This document shows positions 52,601 to 64,000 of a stretch of DNA of 64,000 nucleotides, in pieces. The DNA lies in the NCBI RefSeq assembly GCF_001194135.2, contig NC_068991.1:6191316-6255315 (forward strand), written 5' to 3'. The notes below the pieces were generated by a model, which saw only the letters and a list, made by a program, of their open reading frames with translations, was not told the origin of the DNA and did no database searches. How positions within the stretch are numbered: the first letter of the stretch is position 1; each line of letters opens with the position of its first letter. The position numbers were made by a program, and so were the translations under genes. Source of the stretch: Octopus bimaculoides (Eukaryota).

Positions 52601-52983
52601 GCAATGCTTTCCCCAGTACGTTCCAAATGATAGTGAAGAGGATCCACCGCTACCTGTTTCACGTGTTAGCTCACATATACCATGCTCATTACAATGAAGT
52701 GCACATCCTAGGCCTTCATGGTCACCTGAATACACTCTTTGCACATTTCATGGTATTCAACCTTCGCTATGACTTGCTAGAAGAAAAAGAGACCGATGTG
52801 CTCCAAGACTTGATAAAGGCCCTGACCACATTTGTACCTGCTGAAACTATGAACCCCTTGACTTCAACGTCTGGGGAAGAGGGCGCAGCAGATAGTGACA
52901 ATACTGCCCAAGCTACAGCAACGGCAGGACCGCTTGTATCATCTTCCACGAATGAATTAGAAACAGAAGTGACACAAACTTAA
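52601..52983 (+). CDS. MOB2: MOB2-like terminal coding exon
   Basis: TTCCAG acceptor at 52600, phase 1. Encodes GNAFPSTFQMIVKRIHRYLFHVLAHIYHAH (Zn-ligand HxxxxH)...LHGHLNTLFAHF...EKETDVLQDL, then an acidic tail; TAA at 52981-52983. Confidence 0.96.
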
Positions 52984-54081
52984 TGATTGCTAGCTTACAC
53001 CTTCCACATATTAGAGAGGGAGCAGGAGGGGAGGAATAGATTTAAACAAACAAACAACAAGGAAACAAAACAACAACCATAACAATGGTAACAAAAAATA
53101 TTTTTAAAAAAAGTGTAGTAAGTTGAAAGAATTTAGAAGCTACATGAACAACAAGAATATAATTATATTTTACTGCAAATTGTTCAGTCAGATCTCAACC
53201 GCATGTTCTGCTCCTCTGTGTGTGTTTCTGCTTTGATAATAGTCAGCTTCCTCTCTGTTTTGTGTACAGCAATAATATAAGATCCCACTGATTAGAAGTA
53301 GAGAAGAAAGAAAGAAAGAAAATGACAGAGCATTGAACAGTTTCCAGGAGAGAAAATCCCATTTTTTGGAACCCCTAATTCAAAAAGTCGTCGCTGTAGT
53401 CTTCTTCTACATCAACCGAAAGGATCAGGAAAAGAAAATTTAGACAAAATCTTTCAAGAAAAAAACAGAAATAAAGTGATATTCTGTGTGAGCGAGTGCG
53501 TGATTGTGGTTGCATGTGTACATGTGCGTAAGGCCATGTGAATACAGTCACACATGCATGTCTAGGCTATTCTTCCATTACCATGTAGCCATTTTTGTTG
53601 TTGTTTTTTTTCTTATATGTGACAAAACATGAAAAGCTGCACCAAATGGGATCAGATATTTATTTTCATTTTTGACATTTGTTATTTATTTTTTATTATC
53701 TTCAACTCTCCCCTTCCCCCTCAAATGTGTTTAAGTTACATATGTGTACACACACTAACACTCACTCACACACACCTTAATGATATATGTATAAATATAC
53801 CCCATGCATTTGTGTGTGTTTTTGACATGCACATACGCACACACACACATTCATGCAGACATATACACACAAACATACACATAATTAGAAAGAAGAAGCT
53901 ACATTCTCTTGGCTCCCTTGTTGCTGTTTCTGTGTCCTCTTCACCTTTCCAGAAATCTCTACTGACACTGGAATCCAATCAGGGGAATCCATCCTTGAAG
54001 ATAAAAAAAAAAAACCAACTCAAGAACAACAAAAATCTTATCTCTAACTTATTTATAATTGATTCTTTAATTCTACGATAA

Positions 54082-54087
54082 AATAAA
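54082..54087 (+). terminator. Candidate polyadenylation signal for MOB2
   Basis: AATAAA about 1.1 kb after the stop codon. The AT-rich context makes chance occurrence likely. Confidence 0.25.
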
Positions 54088-54670
54088 AACAAATACAAAA
54101 AAATGTTTCATTTCTATTAAATTTCCTGGAATATTTTTAACTTATTAAATTACATTTATGAATGATTTAAGATTTTCAATGTAAAATTGTATTAAACATT
54201 GCCAGCACTGATCTATGACAGAAAAAAAAAAAAACAGGTTCACCTACAGGACTTGAACCATGTATCCCTCACTCACCCGATGACCACACTATCAATTGTA
54301 CTACAGAGATTAATCCTCTGTTGTCCTTTCTGTCTCAAATTTGTGCTTGTAATGTTTAAATTAGTTCTATTCATTTGTTTATGTATGATAATTTATGCTT
54401 AATAATTATTGTCTTTGTTTAACACACACTTGATGGTTAGTCCATGTTAATCCTTAAGGAGCATAAGGATGGTTTCTTGGTTCTCTGGCTTATATATTCC
54501 ATTCCTGACTGGACGGGACACAGGATTGTTCATTTTTACCAGCTCTGTGAACGAGCACAATGTGAAATGAAGTGCTTTGCTCAGGAACATAATTTATTGC
54601 CTGGTCCAGGAATTGAAACCACAGCCTTATCATGAATCCTAACCATTAACCCATGTGTCTCCATATATAT

Positions 54671-54996
54671 ATATATTGTATAAAGGATCATGAGTAAGGC
54701 CAGAACAATGCGAAGTAAATGCAAGGCAAATCACAAGAAAACAAATATATGAATTAATGTAGACTTACCTTGCATTCAGTATTTCGGGGTTATGACCCGA
54801 ATTAACGAATGTTGCCAATGTGCGTGTACACATGCTATTTGGCAACATTCGTTAATTTCTTGAAAATGAGGTTACAACCCCAAAATATTGAATGCAAGGT
54901 AAGTCTACATTTATTTATATATTTGTTTTCTTGTAATTTGCCTTGCATTTACTTTGCATTGTTCTGGCCTTATCCATGATCCTTTTATCAATATAT
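54671..54996. repeat. 326-bp near-perfect palindrome
   Basis: Outer arms about 54671-54792 and about 54875-54996; inner arms 54800-54818 and 54839-54857; 20-nt central loop. Confidence 0.9.
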
Positions 54997-55877
54997 TCTA
55001 CACAAGTAGAACAATATGGAAGTTAAAAGACCCTAACTATATTGATGTAACTTTCAAACAGCCCTAGAATATGTTTATTTAGAAAGGGGGGGAAGGAAGG
55101 AGGAAATACAGAACCAAGACATGGTCCCTGTGGACAGAAACATATAGGTCCATAGTCTCTGAAGTGTTATTCTAAATAAGACAAAAATGGTCAGACCAAT
55201 TCATCTATTGGATTGTTTAGACCTGTGGTTCTTAGCTGGTTTGTTGGATCACACTGGCACACTACAGTCGATATCCAGGTGTGCTGTGGATTTTTTATTT
55301 TTGCTATGATTTTGTCTCAAACAAGGCTTGAGGCCACTGTAGTGTAAGGGAAGGAACAAAGGAGGTCTACAAATTTTTTAGATCCTTGCATTGGATATAT
55401 AAATTAATAAAGCAGTGGGGAAGGTAAGTATATAGATGACGACTTACTATTACACAAAAAACACTCTGCATCAACGGCTTGCAGTGAACTGCTACCAACC
55501 CGAACCGCCAATCGCTCACAGTTCTTTATTTTATAAAAATTAGTCAGGTCCCCCTTTAGTCACTTGGTGAGTGGTCGGAATCCTTCCACAACAAAATTCA
55601 AAAAATGTTGATTGATAGACTGAATATCGTAGACCAGAGGTAAACAAGATAATGGTAATGTGTTCCAGAGAGCAGCAGTTTGTGGAAATAAGCTATTGGA
55701 TTAAAAGGACTTATAAATAATAAGGAAGCTCAACTGAGAAACAAATGTACCTGAGAAGAGAAGCAGGTGACATGTTTAAGGGTTTTAGAAAATCCATGGT
55801 AATGCTTTGAGCATCTTAGAACATGTTATTTGTAATTTTGTTCTTTACAAGTATGTTTAATATAGCCAGGTGAGCAA

Positions 55878-56175
55878 TTTGAGTGTGTTCATTACCAGTG
55901 CTGCCGGACTGGCTCCAGTGCAGGTGGCATGTAAAAAAACACCTTTTGAGCATGGTCGTTGCCAGTACTGCCTGACTGGCCCTCGTGCCGGTGGCACGTA
56001 AAAGCACCCACTACACTCTTGGAGTGGTTGGCGTTAGGGAGGGCATCTAGCTGTAGAAACCTTGCCAGATCAGATTGGAGCCTGGTGCAGCCTTCTGGCT
56101 CACCAGCCCTCAGTCATACCGTCCAACCCATGCCAGCATGGAAAGCAGACGTTAAACGACAACAATGATGATGAT
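55878..56175 (+). mobile_element. SINE family C copy with internal tandem units
   Basis: GGCACGTAAAAGCACCCACTACACTC...GGCATCTAGCTGTAGAAA...(GAT)n. Confidence 0.8.
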
Positions 56176-56459
56176 AGTCACTACTAGGTACTAAGAGTTC
56201 CTTACATTGGAGACATGGTCCAAGAAGGTTTTTATAATATGCTTAGTGTCTCCAAACAATCTGGCAGACACTAGATGTGTTGTAAAAACCTGCCCAGACC
56301 ACATCTCCAATGTATGAAACTATTAGTAGCTCATAACTATATACTGTGTACATTAAACAATATTTATCACTTTTTTTTGTTGATCTTATCTTAACGGAAA
56401 AGTAGAAAGGATCTAATTGAGCCATCCCATAAATAATGTTTTTTTTTATATACTTCTTT

Positions 56460-56860
56460 TCATCATCATCGCTTAACGTCTGCTTTCCATGCTAGCATAG
56501 GTTGGACGATTTGACTGAGGACTGGCAAGCCAGAAGGCTGCACCGGGCTCCAATCTGATCTGGCAGAGTTTCTACAGCTGGATGTGAATGCCCTTCCTAA
56601 TGCCAACCACTCCGAGAGTGTAGTGGGTGCTTTTACGTGGAACTGGCAACGGCCTCGCTCAAAAAGGTGTTTTTTACGTGCCACCTGCACGGGTGCCAGT
56701 CCAGCGGCACTGGCAACGACCTCTCTTGAATGATTTTCTAACGTGCCACCACCACAAATGCTAGAAGGCGACTCTGGTAACGATTATGCTCAAATGGAAG
56801 CCAGTCAGCTGCTCTGGCAATGAACACGCTCAGACAGGTGCCAGTCATCGAGTATGGTTC
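56460..56860 (-). mobile_element. SINE family C copy, inverted relative to 55878-56175
   Basis: Starts with the (CAT)n tail and continues as the reverse complement of the preceding copy. Confidence 0.8.
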
Positions 56861-57599
56861 AATTACGATTCCGATTTCACTTGCCCCAACAATTAAGATA
56901 AAGTTCTTCTTTTAATCTAAAATATGCCCCACAGATATCATTAAGAGCAGTACCATTCAATCCGGTGGTGTCAACAGCACTAAAATAAGTGTTGTTTGGA
57001 AACAAACAAACCGAAGAAACTACATCTTTCAAACTCATTTACTCTATGTACAACCGTATCGATAAATAAATTCAATAAGTAAATTATAACCACTCTTAAA
57101 TACGTAACTAAACAGCGACAACACTATTAAGTCATACGAAAATTATAATCCCTACAGTCTTCCGTAGTATAATATAAAAGTAAAAGCTTAATAACATTAT
57201 TTCAATCAATCAATTTATAGGTAGGTTATAAACCAATGTACATTGCATCGCTATTAATAGTAAACAACAATAACTAAATCATGCTAAGTTGCGACCAATC
57301 TTCAAGTCCATATAAATAGTAACCCCACCGGTCTTCTATAGATACTACTATAATGAAAGTTCAAGCTTTATAAAATTTCTCCAAAACAAAACACAATTGA
57401 AATTAATTTAATATTTTTGAGTGAAATACGTTATTTCATCATTCAAAAGTTAATGATAAAACACTACATACTCATTAAGATATCACCACTACAAGTTAAA
57501 ATATTAAATTACCGGTAACTAATATAAACTTAAATTTCATTAAATAGGAACAAATAAAAGTACTTGTAATTAACTATTATTATAAACTTTGCGGCTATG

Positions 57600-58210
57600 T
57601 TCAAAGCTAATTAAAACTGTTTAAAAGAGAATAAGACTTCAAATATTAACACTTACATGTTTCGTCCGACATGTGCTTCCCTCTCCAAGAATTTGAAATG
57701 CCAATTAAATATTGATGACGTAGTACGTAATCACTACTTTCGTAATTATCTCAATATGGTGACGTAGTAAGCAATTAACTCGAATCGTGAACCTTCAAAT
57801 CCTTACAAATATTTGCTAAGCCAAAGACTAGATATTATTCCATATTTATTTAAAATTTCAAGTTTCCCACCTAAACAGCGATTAAAAGTTTTAACCAACT
57901 TACCATATTTATACCTTTCTTTTACTAAAAGTCTAAACAGCTCATTTATTCTTTCCAAAGAATTTATTAGAATTATTAATAATAGTACTATATCTAACAA
58001 CCTACCCTGCAAAAATACCATAACCAATAAAGGAAGGAATTTTACTACAGAACCATAGCATTGAAGCCACCTGGAAACCAAAATTTTCTGTTTTATTATA
58101 AATGTCAGTACATATTTCATTGTTATCCTTAATTACTAGATTGACATCTAAATAATTAATGTTTCTTATATTATTACCGTTTCTGGTGGCTAACTTTAAA
58201 ACAATTTTGT
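57600..58210 (-). mobile_element. Decayed Penelope-like retroelement RT C-terminus, probably Naiad type
   Basis: Joining two minus frames gives INYLDVNLVIKDNNEICTDIYNKTENFGFQVASMLWFCSKIPSFIGYGIFAG*VVRYSTIINNSNKF/LERINELFRLLVKERYKYGKLVKTFNRCLGGKLEILNKYGI...stop at 57803. One TAG and one frameshift; no GIY-YIG after the RT. Confidence 0.7.
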
Positions 58211-59567
58211 TTAACTTTTCTATGCACAGTCTGTTTATAATCTTTAGTGCACCATGAAGTAAAACAAGATTGAGCTGTTTACATTTTTGCAGTGTGTTCA
58301 ATTACACACCATAGTGTTGGCTAAGACTAACATGGAGTATACTCTGTTGTTCATTTGCATTAAACAAATCCTTCATCGTAGGGATCAATAATAATTGATC
58401 TAGCTCTGGCAAAGTAACAAATAATCAGTTTAAACAGGATACTATCGAAGGGAGATAATTCTTAGGTAATATTATAAATATTACGGAGATGTACTTGCAT
58501 AGCAAGTAACCTGATCTGAGATTATAAATATTGTTGTAATTATCTCCCTTGTAGTATGACTGCAGTTTATGCTATTTTGATTTTCAAAACGGTTATAAAC
58601 ATTCCTTAGTTCTTCGTATTAAATACAAATTATACACGACATTAATTTTACGTTAATTTCAGTTAATTATGCAATAATTGCCAAGGAACACATATTTACC
58701 AGAGCCTTGTCGTCCAAGGATCGGTCTTACATCGCCACTTTAGGCATTGCCACTCATAATCTTCAGAAAGCGAAGAAATGCCATCATCATTCACATACCT
58801 GGAATTATGGTTTTGTTTCGTCAGTCTGTAGACTATGAAAATGCTGGTTGAACATGTCCGGAGAATGCAAAGTAATGCATTCTTTTATTCTTCAATTCTC
58901 AGAATAGTGAGATCGTTGTGTGGAACTTGTTCCGGCTCTTTATGTCCTGAGTTCAAATTCCGCTGAGGTCGACTTCGCCTTCTATCCTTTATTCAGGGTC
59001 ACTAAAATACACTATCTCTGAAATACTGAGGTAGATGTACTAATCTGTTATGGAAGATTTGGTTGCTATTTCTAGCAGGTTGAGCTCACAAAGGTTTTGT
59101 GTGTTTATCCCTATGGGGACACACAGTCAAGATTTCTGGTATATTCGACAATCGAGACTTCGATTGACTAAACTCACACTATTTTAAATACTTGTTATTG
59201 TTTTGTATTAATTTCTAGAAAAAAAATGAATGCAAAATTTCCTCCTCAGCAAGCAAAACTACATCAGAACTACATTTTTTCGAAAATAATCTGGGGAAAA
59301 TTTAACAGGCTTCCACACAGTATCCGTCTACCAAATTCACTCACGAGGTAAAATGAGTTCTAAATCCCACAGCTATGTGCCAGCCAAAAGGCAGTCATAA
59401 ATTACAATAGCACCATAGTGAATAGCTTAATTTTCATATTTGTGCTTTTGATGGCTCATTAGAAGGTTTTTCTGTGTGGAAAATATGCAGGTTAAAAATG
59501 CACAGAGAATAGACTTTCTCAAATGCTTGGGGAAGATCCTTTGAAGTAGTAAAAACTTAAATAATAT

Positions 59568-59988
59568 AGGTGCAGGAGTGGCTGTGTGGTAAGTAGCTCG
59601 CTTACCAACCACATGGTTCCGGGTTCAGTCCCACTGCGTGGCACCTTGGGCAAGTGTCTTCTACTATAGCCTCGGACCGACCAAAGCCTTGTGAGTGGAT
59701 TTGGTAGATGGAAACTGAAAGAAGCCTTTCGTATATATACATATATATGTATATGTGTGTATATGTTTGTGTGTCTGTGTTTGTCACCCCAACCTCGCTT
59801 GACAACCGATGGTGTTGTGTTTATGTCCCTGTAACTTAGCGGTTTGGCAAAAGAGACCGATAGAATAAGTACTAGGCTTATAAAGAATAAGTCCTGGGTC
59901 GATTTGCTCGACTAAAGGCAGTGCTCCAGCATGGCCACAGTCAAATGACTGAAACAGTAAAAAAATAAATAAATAAATAAATAAATAA
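59568..59988 (+). mobile_element. SINE family A, best-preserved full-length copy
   Basis: tRNA-like head (TGGCTGTGTGGTAAG, GGGTTCAGTCCC), GGCACCTTGGGCAAGTGTCTT resembling the CORE domain, internal microsatellite, tail plus (TAAA)n. Confidence 0.85.
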
Positions 59989-60920
59989 TCCCAAGGCAGT
60001 GCCCCAGCATGGCCAAAATCAAATAACTGAGACAAAGATAAATCCTACTTAACGAAGTCACTTCAATTAGACAGAATGAGTGATAAGCAAAAGTTATCGA
60101 AAATATTAATACAATACTCATTAAAGGGTGTTGTATTAATAATTGGAATGTTTTTACTTTTATTTTATGATACCATACATTCAAATTTTATAATTGAATG
60201 CGTTTTGGCCGTTTGGTGGTTATTCTCAAATGATAATAAAATATAAATTTGGAATAAAATGTGAGATACAATAGCATGGGTTATAAATGTTTATCAAAAA
60301 ATTAGTGGGGGATGGATTTCATTTTCTTGTGGGAAGGAATAACAATGGAATTATTCTCATTTGTTGATTTTATCTTGGATAAACTGAAGAATGTCTTCTT
60401 TTGAAAACTTGTCTCTGTCTTGTGTTGTAGGCTGGGAGTCGTGCACTCTTACTCCTTCTTGCCATTTCCAACGGATTCCGTTTATTCGGCAATCTCTGCA
60501 AGTAAATAACAGACATGGTCATTTGACAAGTTTGAAGAACACTAAGAGTATTTTAGAGAAACTGGACAAAATATTCCAGATGAATTAAATAGCATGATAT
60601 TAAATTACAACATTATCATTTACCTCTTACATAATTTGGTGAAGTAATTGTAAATTTATGTAATAAAACAATTTGCTCACTCCACTCTCGGAGACCCCCC
60701 CCTAACCATCAGAGTAGGAGGCTCCAAAAGGGGTCTCAGGGAGTAGCATCCCTGCCTTCCTAATCTAGTTTTCCACCACATTTCTTAAAAATCATGGTAA
60801 AGGCCTTGGTCTCAGGACCATTTGTATCTAGAAACTGAGGTTGGGGGTAAGCAAGGGCATGCTCCCCTGTAGAAAATCCAGCTCCAAGATAGCAAAGGAG
60901 AATGGGCACCATACCAGCCC

Positions 60921-61160
60921 TGAACCCGGAACCATGTGGTTGGGAAGCAAGCTTCTTACCACCCAGTTATGCCTGTTACACACACACATGAAGGGCTTCT
61001 TCCAATTTCCATCTACCAAATCCACTCACAAGGCTTTGGTCAGCTCAAGGCTATAGTAAAAGACACTTGCTCAAGGTGTCACACAGTGGGACTGAACCCG
61101 GAACCATGTGGTTGGTAAGGAAGCTTCTTACCACACAGTTATGCCTGTTACACATACACA
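60921..61160 (-). mobile_element. Two tandem SINE family A heads
   Basis: 68-bp direct repeat at 60921-60988 and 61093-61160. Confidence 0.7.
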
Positions 61161-61820
61161 CACAAACAGCCACATCCAATGGGCTTCCGCTTAGTTTCCA
61201 CCTCCTGAATTTCATTCGCAAGTCCACCCAAGTCCAAGGTGCCATGGAGTGAGATTGAATCTGGAACATGGTTACAAAGTGACTAAACAACTATATCTGT
61301 GCTCAGATTCTGCGATTTGTTGTCCTGTATTCTCAAGATTATCCCCACCCCATCATCAGGTTAGCATTAAGAAATATGGTGTTAAAAGATAAAGTCATAT
61401 CTTACCTGGTGTTTGTTATAGCATCTGCAGGAAATACATAAGTTGACACACCAGAAGATGTATCGAAAAAATACTTTGTGTTTGAAGACTTACTAAGACA
61501 CATTGTCCACGGATCTGAAAGTGGAATCATATGATTAGCTTGCTATTTCTTCAAACTTTACATATTCTTGGACAATAAGAGGTTAAAAAACAAAATTAAA
61601 TGTCATGTTTATAGGAAATGTGTGTTCTAGAGTCCCGTGATCAACCTTTGACCTTTTCTTTCCAAAACGGTTTTTCAACTGAATATTTACATTCAAGTGA
61701 TTGTTGTTAGGAAGGGCATCTAATCGTAAAAACCATGCTGAAGTCCTCTGGCTTGGCAGCTCCTGTCAAGCTATCCAACCCCTAGCAGCATGAAAAATGT
61801 ATTTTGAATGATGATGATGA

Positions 61821-62042
61821 TGGCAGAATCGTTAGCACACCGGGAAAAATGCTTAGCAGTATTTCGTCTGCCGTTATGCTCTGAGTTCAAATTCCGCTGA
61901 GGTCGACTTTGCCTTTCATCCTTTCGGGGTCGATTAAATAAGTACCAGTTACGCACTGGGATCAATATAATCAACTTAATCCCTTTGTCTGTCCTTGTTT
62001 GTCCCCTCTATGTTTAGCCCCCTGAGGGCAATAAAAAAATAA
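61821..62042 (+). mobile_element. SINE family B, full length, directly after a family C tail
   Basis: Head, central and tail motifs as at 46973-47198. Confidence 0.82.
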
Positions 62043-64000
62043 ATATTTATATTGGTGAGAAACTCTCAAGAGAGCTGAACAGCAGAAGGTTTACAGAGAA
62101 GAAACCCTGCTCAGGCAAGTGCTTTGGCCCTTAACTTCTTACACTCTAAGGGGACCAAGGGCCACATCCAGGTCATGACTCCTGGATGCCATTCTGCCCA
62201 TACTTTGTAGCCACTTGGATATCGCAGATTTGTGCTTTGAAACCACTTGGAGATTTCATCTAGCTGGAATCCCTATCTATTGACTCAGCTTCACTAACAT
62301 ATTCTTATTTATGTGCTTCAAGATCCACTATTCCAAAAAACAATTATTTTCACATTCTCTGAAAAGTTTATAAAATTCTTATAACATCAACAACATACAA
62401 TTCCCGCTGCTAAGAATAAAGTTCATAAAATGGATAAAGAAATTTGAAGTATTGCATTGATCCAATGGTAGAATGTCTGTTATGGTTGCAAGGGATGTGG
62501 GATCAAGTCCCACAGGTAACCTTTGACTTTTTCTATCCAAAGGATTCTTTAACCCAATATTTGCATGCTATTATTTATAGCCTTGTATGCTTCAAGATCC
62601 ACTATTCCAATAAAGAATTATTTTACATTCTCTGAAAGTTTATAAATATCCTTATGACATCAACAAAATTAAATGCACTTTTCAACAATATCATCATCAT
62701 CATCTAATGTCCATTTTCTATGTTGGTATGGGTTGGACAGTTTGATAGAATCTGCCGATCCACAGAACTGCATCAGGCTTCAGAGTGGCTGGCATTAGGA
62801 AGGGCATCCAGCTGTAGAAACTTTGCCAGATCAGATTGGAGCCTGGTGCANNNNNNNNNNCAGAGGTATCCGTGTATATATACCTTTGGTAATTTTTACA
62901 AAGTGAACTCCAGACGGTAGGAAATAATGCTTTTTCTCTTTACAGTAACAAAGACGTCTGAAGCGCGATTGACCTTTTACTAACTTCATTTCCAACCTGT
63001 GAAAGAAAAAAAAAAAAACACAATAAAAATATTTAGATGCAGTGTCCTGACAGTTGATAACTCACCTTAATCCTTTTGTTACCGTATTTCTATTAGAATA
63101 TATTGTTCTTGTTTAAACTAATTTTGAAAATAACAAAGAAGTTAATAAAATAACTTTGTCATTTGTTAAGTTGATTTTGGGTGTGGAAATTAACATTAAA
63201 TTTTGATGGAAGTTTTCAACTTAGATCACTTTAAAAAAGGAAAAGTGTATAAAAGAACCAAAGGTAGTTTCATGTAGGTTGGTATCAAATGGATTAAAGA
63301 TGAGATTTAAGTTCAAAAATATATAATTTTACAAAAATAATTATTAGTGATAGAAGCAATATTAATACCAAAAGGCAATCTTTAAATCCAACTTAATGTG
63401 GATGTTTTATTAGACCATCAAATACTGCATTATTTACCTTGAGGGAACTTCTCATATGGATGCATGGTGCATAAAAGCACACACATATATATCACTGGCA
63501 GACGAGAATCATCTGCTACAGGCACTGGAAATGCCAGATCACATTATTTTGACATGCCTCGTCTCCTCAGTGGCAGCTGTTTCATAGCAACACACAGCCA
63601 AATCTCACTGCCTCTCTTTATTTATTTCAAAGAATTAAATGGTTCCACAAATGCAAATAATACCATTCCTAATAGGAACCATATTGAAAGAGTTTCAACA
63701 TAAAACAAAACCACACTAACCTGTCAAATATTTTGTGAATCTCTTCCATTCTGTATATTTCAGGCACACTAATTGGAGCTAAATCAGAACGAGTTGTCTT
63801 CGTAATAGCCTTTACAAATTTCTTTAGCCTTTCAATTCTGAAAATATTAATAATAAATAATATTTTTTTAGTTAAAAAAATGTAAAGATTTTGCTTTCCT
63901 TCATTCAGATTCCAAATGAAATATAAATTTTACTGTGGCACATTAGCTTCCATAGATACAACCAGGGCAAATGTCTTCTACTATACTATGACCAAAGCCT

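Noticed and set aside
57803-58301. Selenocysteine recoding as reported for some Naiads
   Set aside because: The in-frame interruption is TAG (58002-58004) plus a frameshift, not TGA; this is ordinary decay.
61335-61365. CTGATGA on the minus strand as another hammerhead (also near 438, 3475, 9355, 13350)
   Set aside because: No stem II followed by GAAA at a compatible distance.

Overview
AT-rich, microsatellite-dense eukaryotic genomic DNA with five assembly gaps. The repeat content suggests an octopus (coleoid cephalopod) draft scaffold; this is inference. One host gene is clear: a plus-strand MOB2-type (Mob1/phocein family, NDR-kinase binding) gene. Its four phase-compatible GT-AG coding exons (35188-35354, 41228-41324, 51468-51592, 52601-52983) give 256 codons before the stop. 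The ATG-bearing first exon is unresolved; candidates lie at 7784-7902 and 34810-34859. The rest is mostly mobile DNA: three abundant SINE families, TTAA-flanked MITEs, Helentron-type non-autonomous elements, RTE and CR1 LINE 3' fragments, and a decayed Penelope-like RT of probable Naiad type. The most notable signal is a set of minimal type I hammerhead ribozyme (HHR) motifs carried by at least two repeat families. One copy has a complete core (2447-2485, minus). A second family joins a tRNA-derived Pol III head to an HHR tail (39673-39903, 43757-43985), with one copy followed by an inverted duplicate of its tail. Several long fold-back structures lie in or near the MOB2 transcription unit and are candidate dsRNA/ADAR substrates. 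All alignments and folds were done by eye; no database searches were run.
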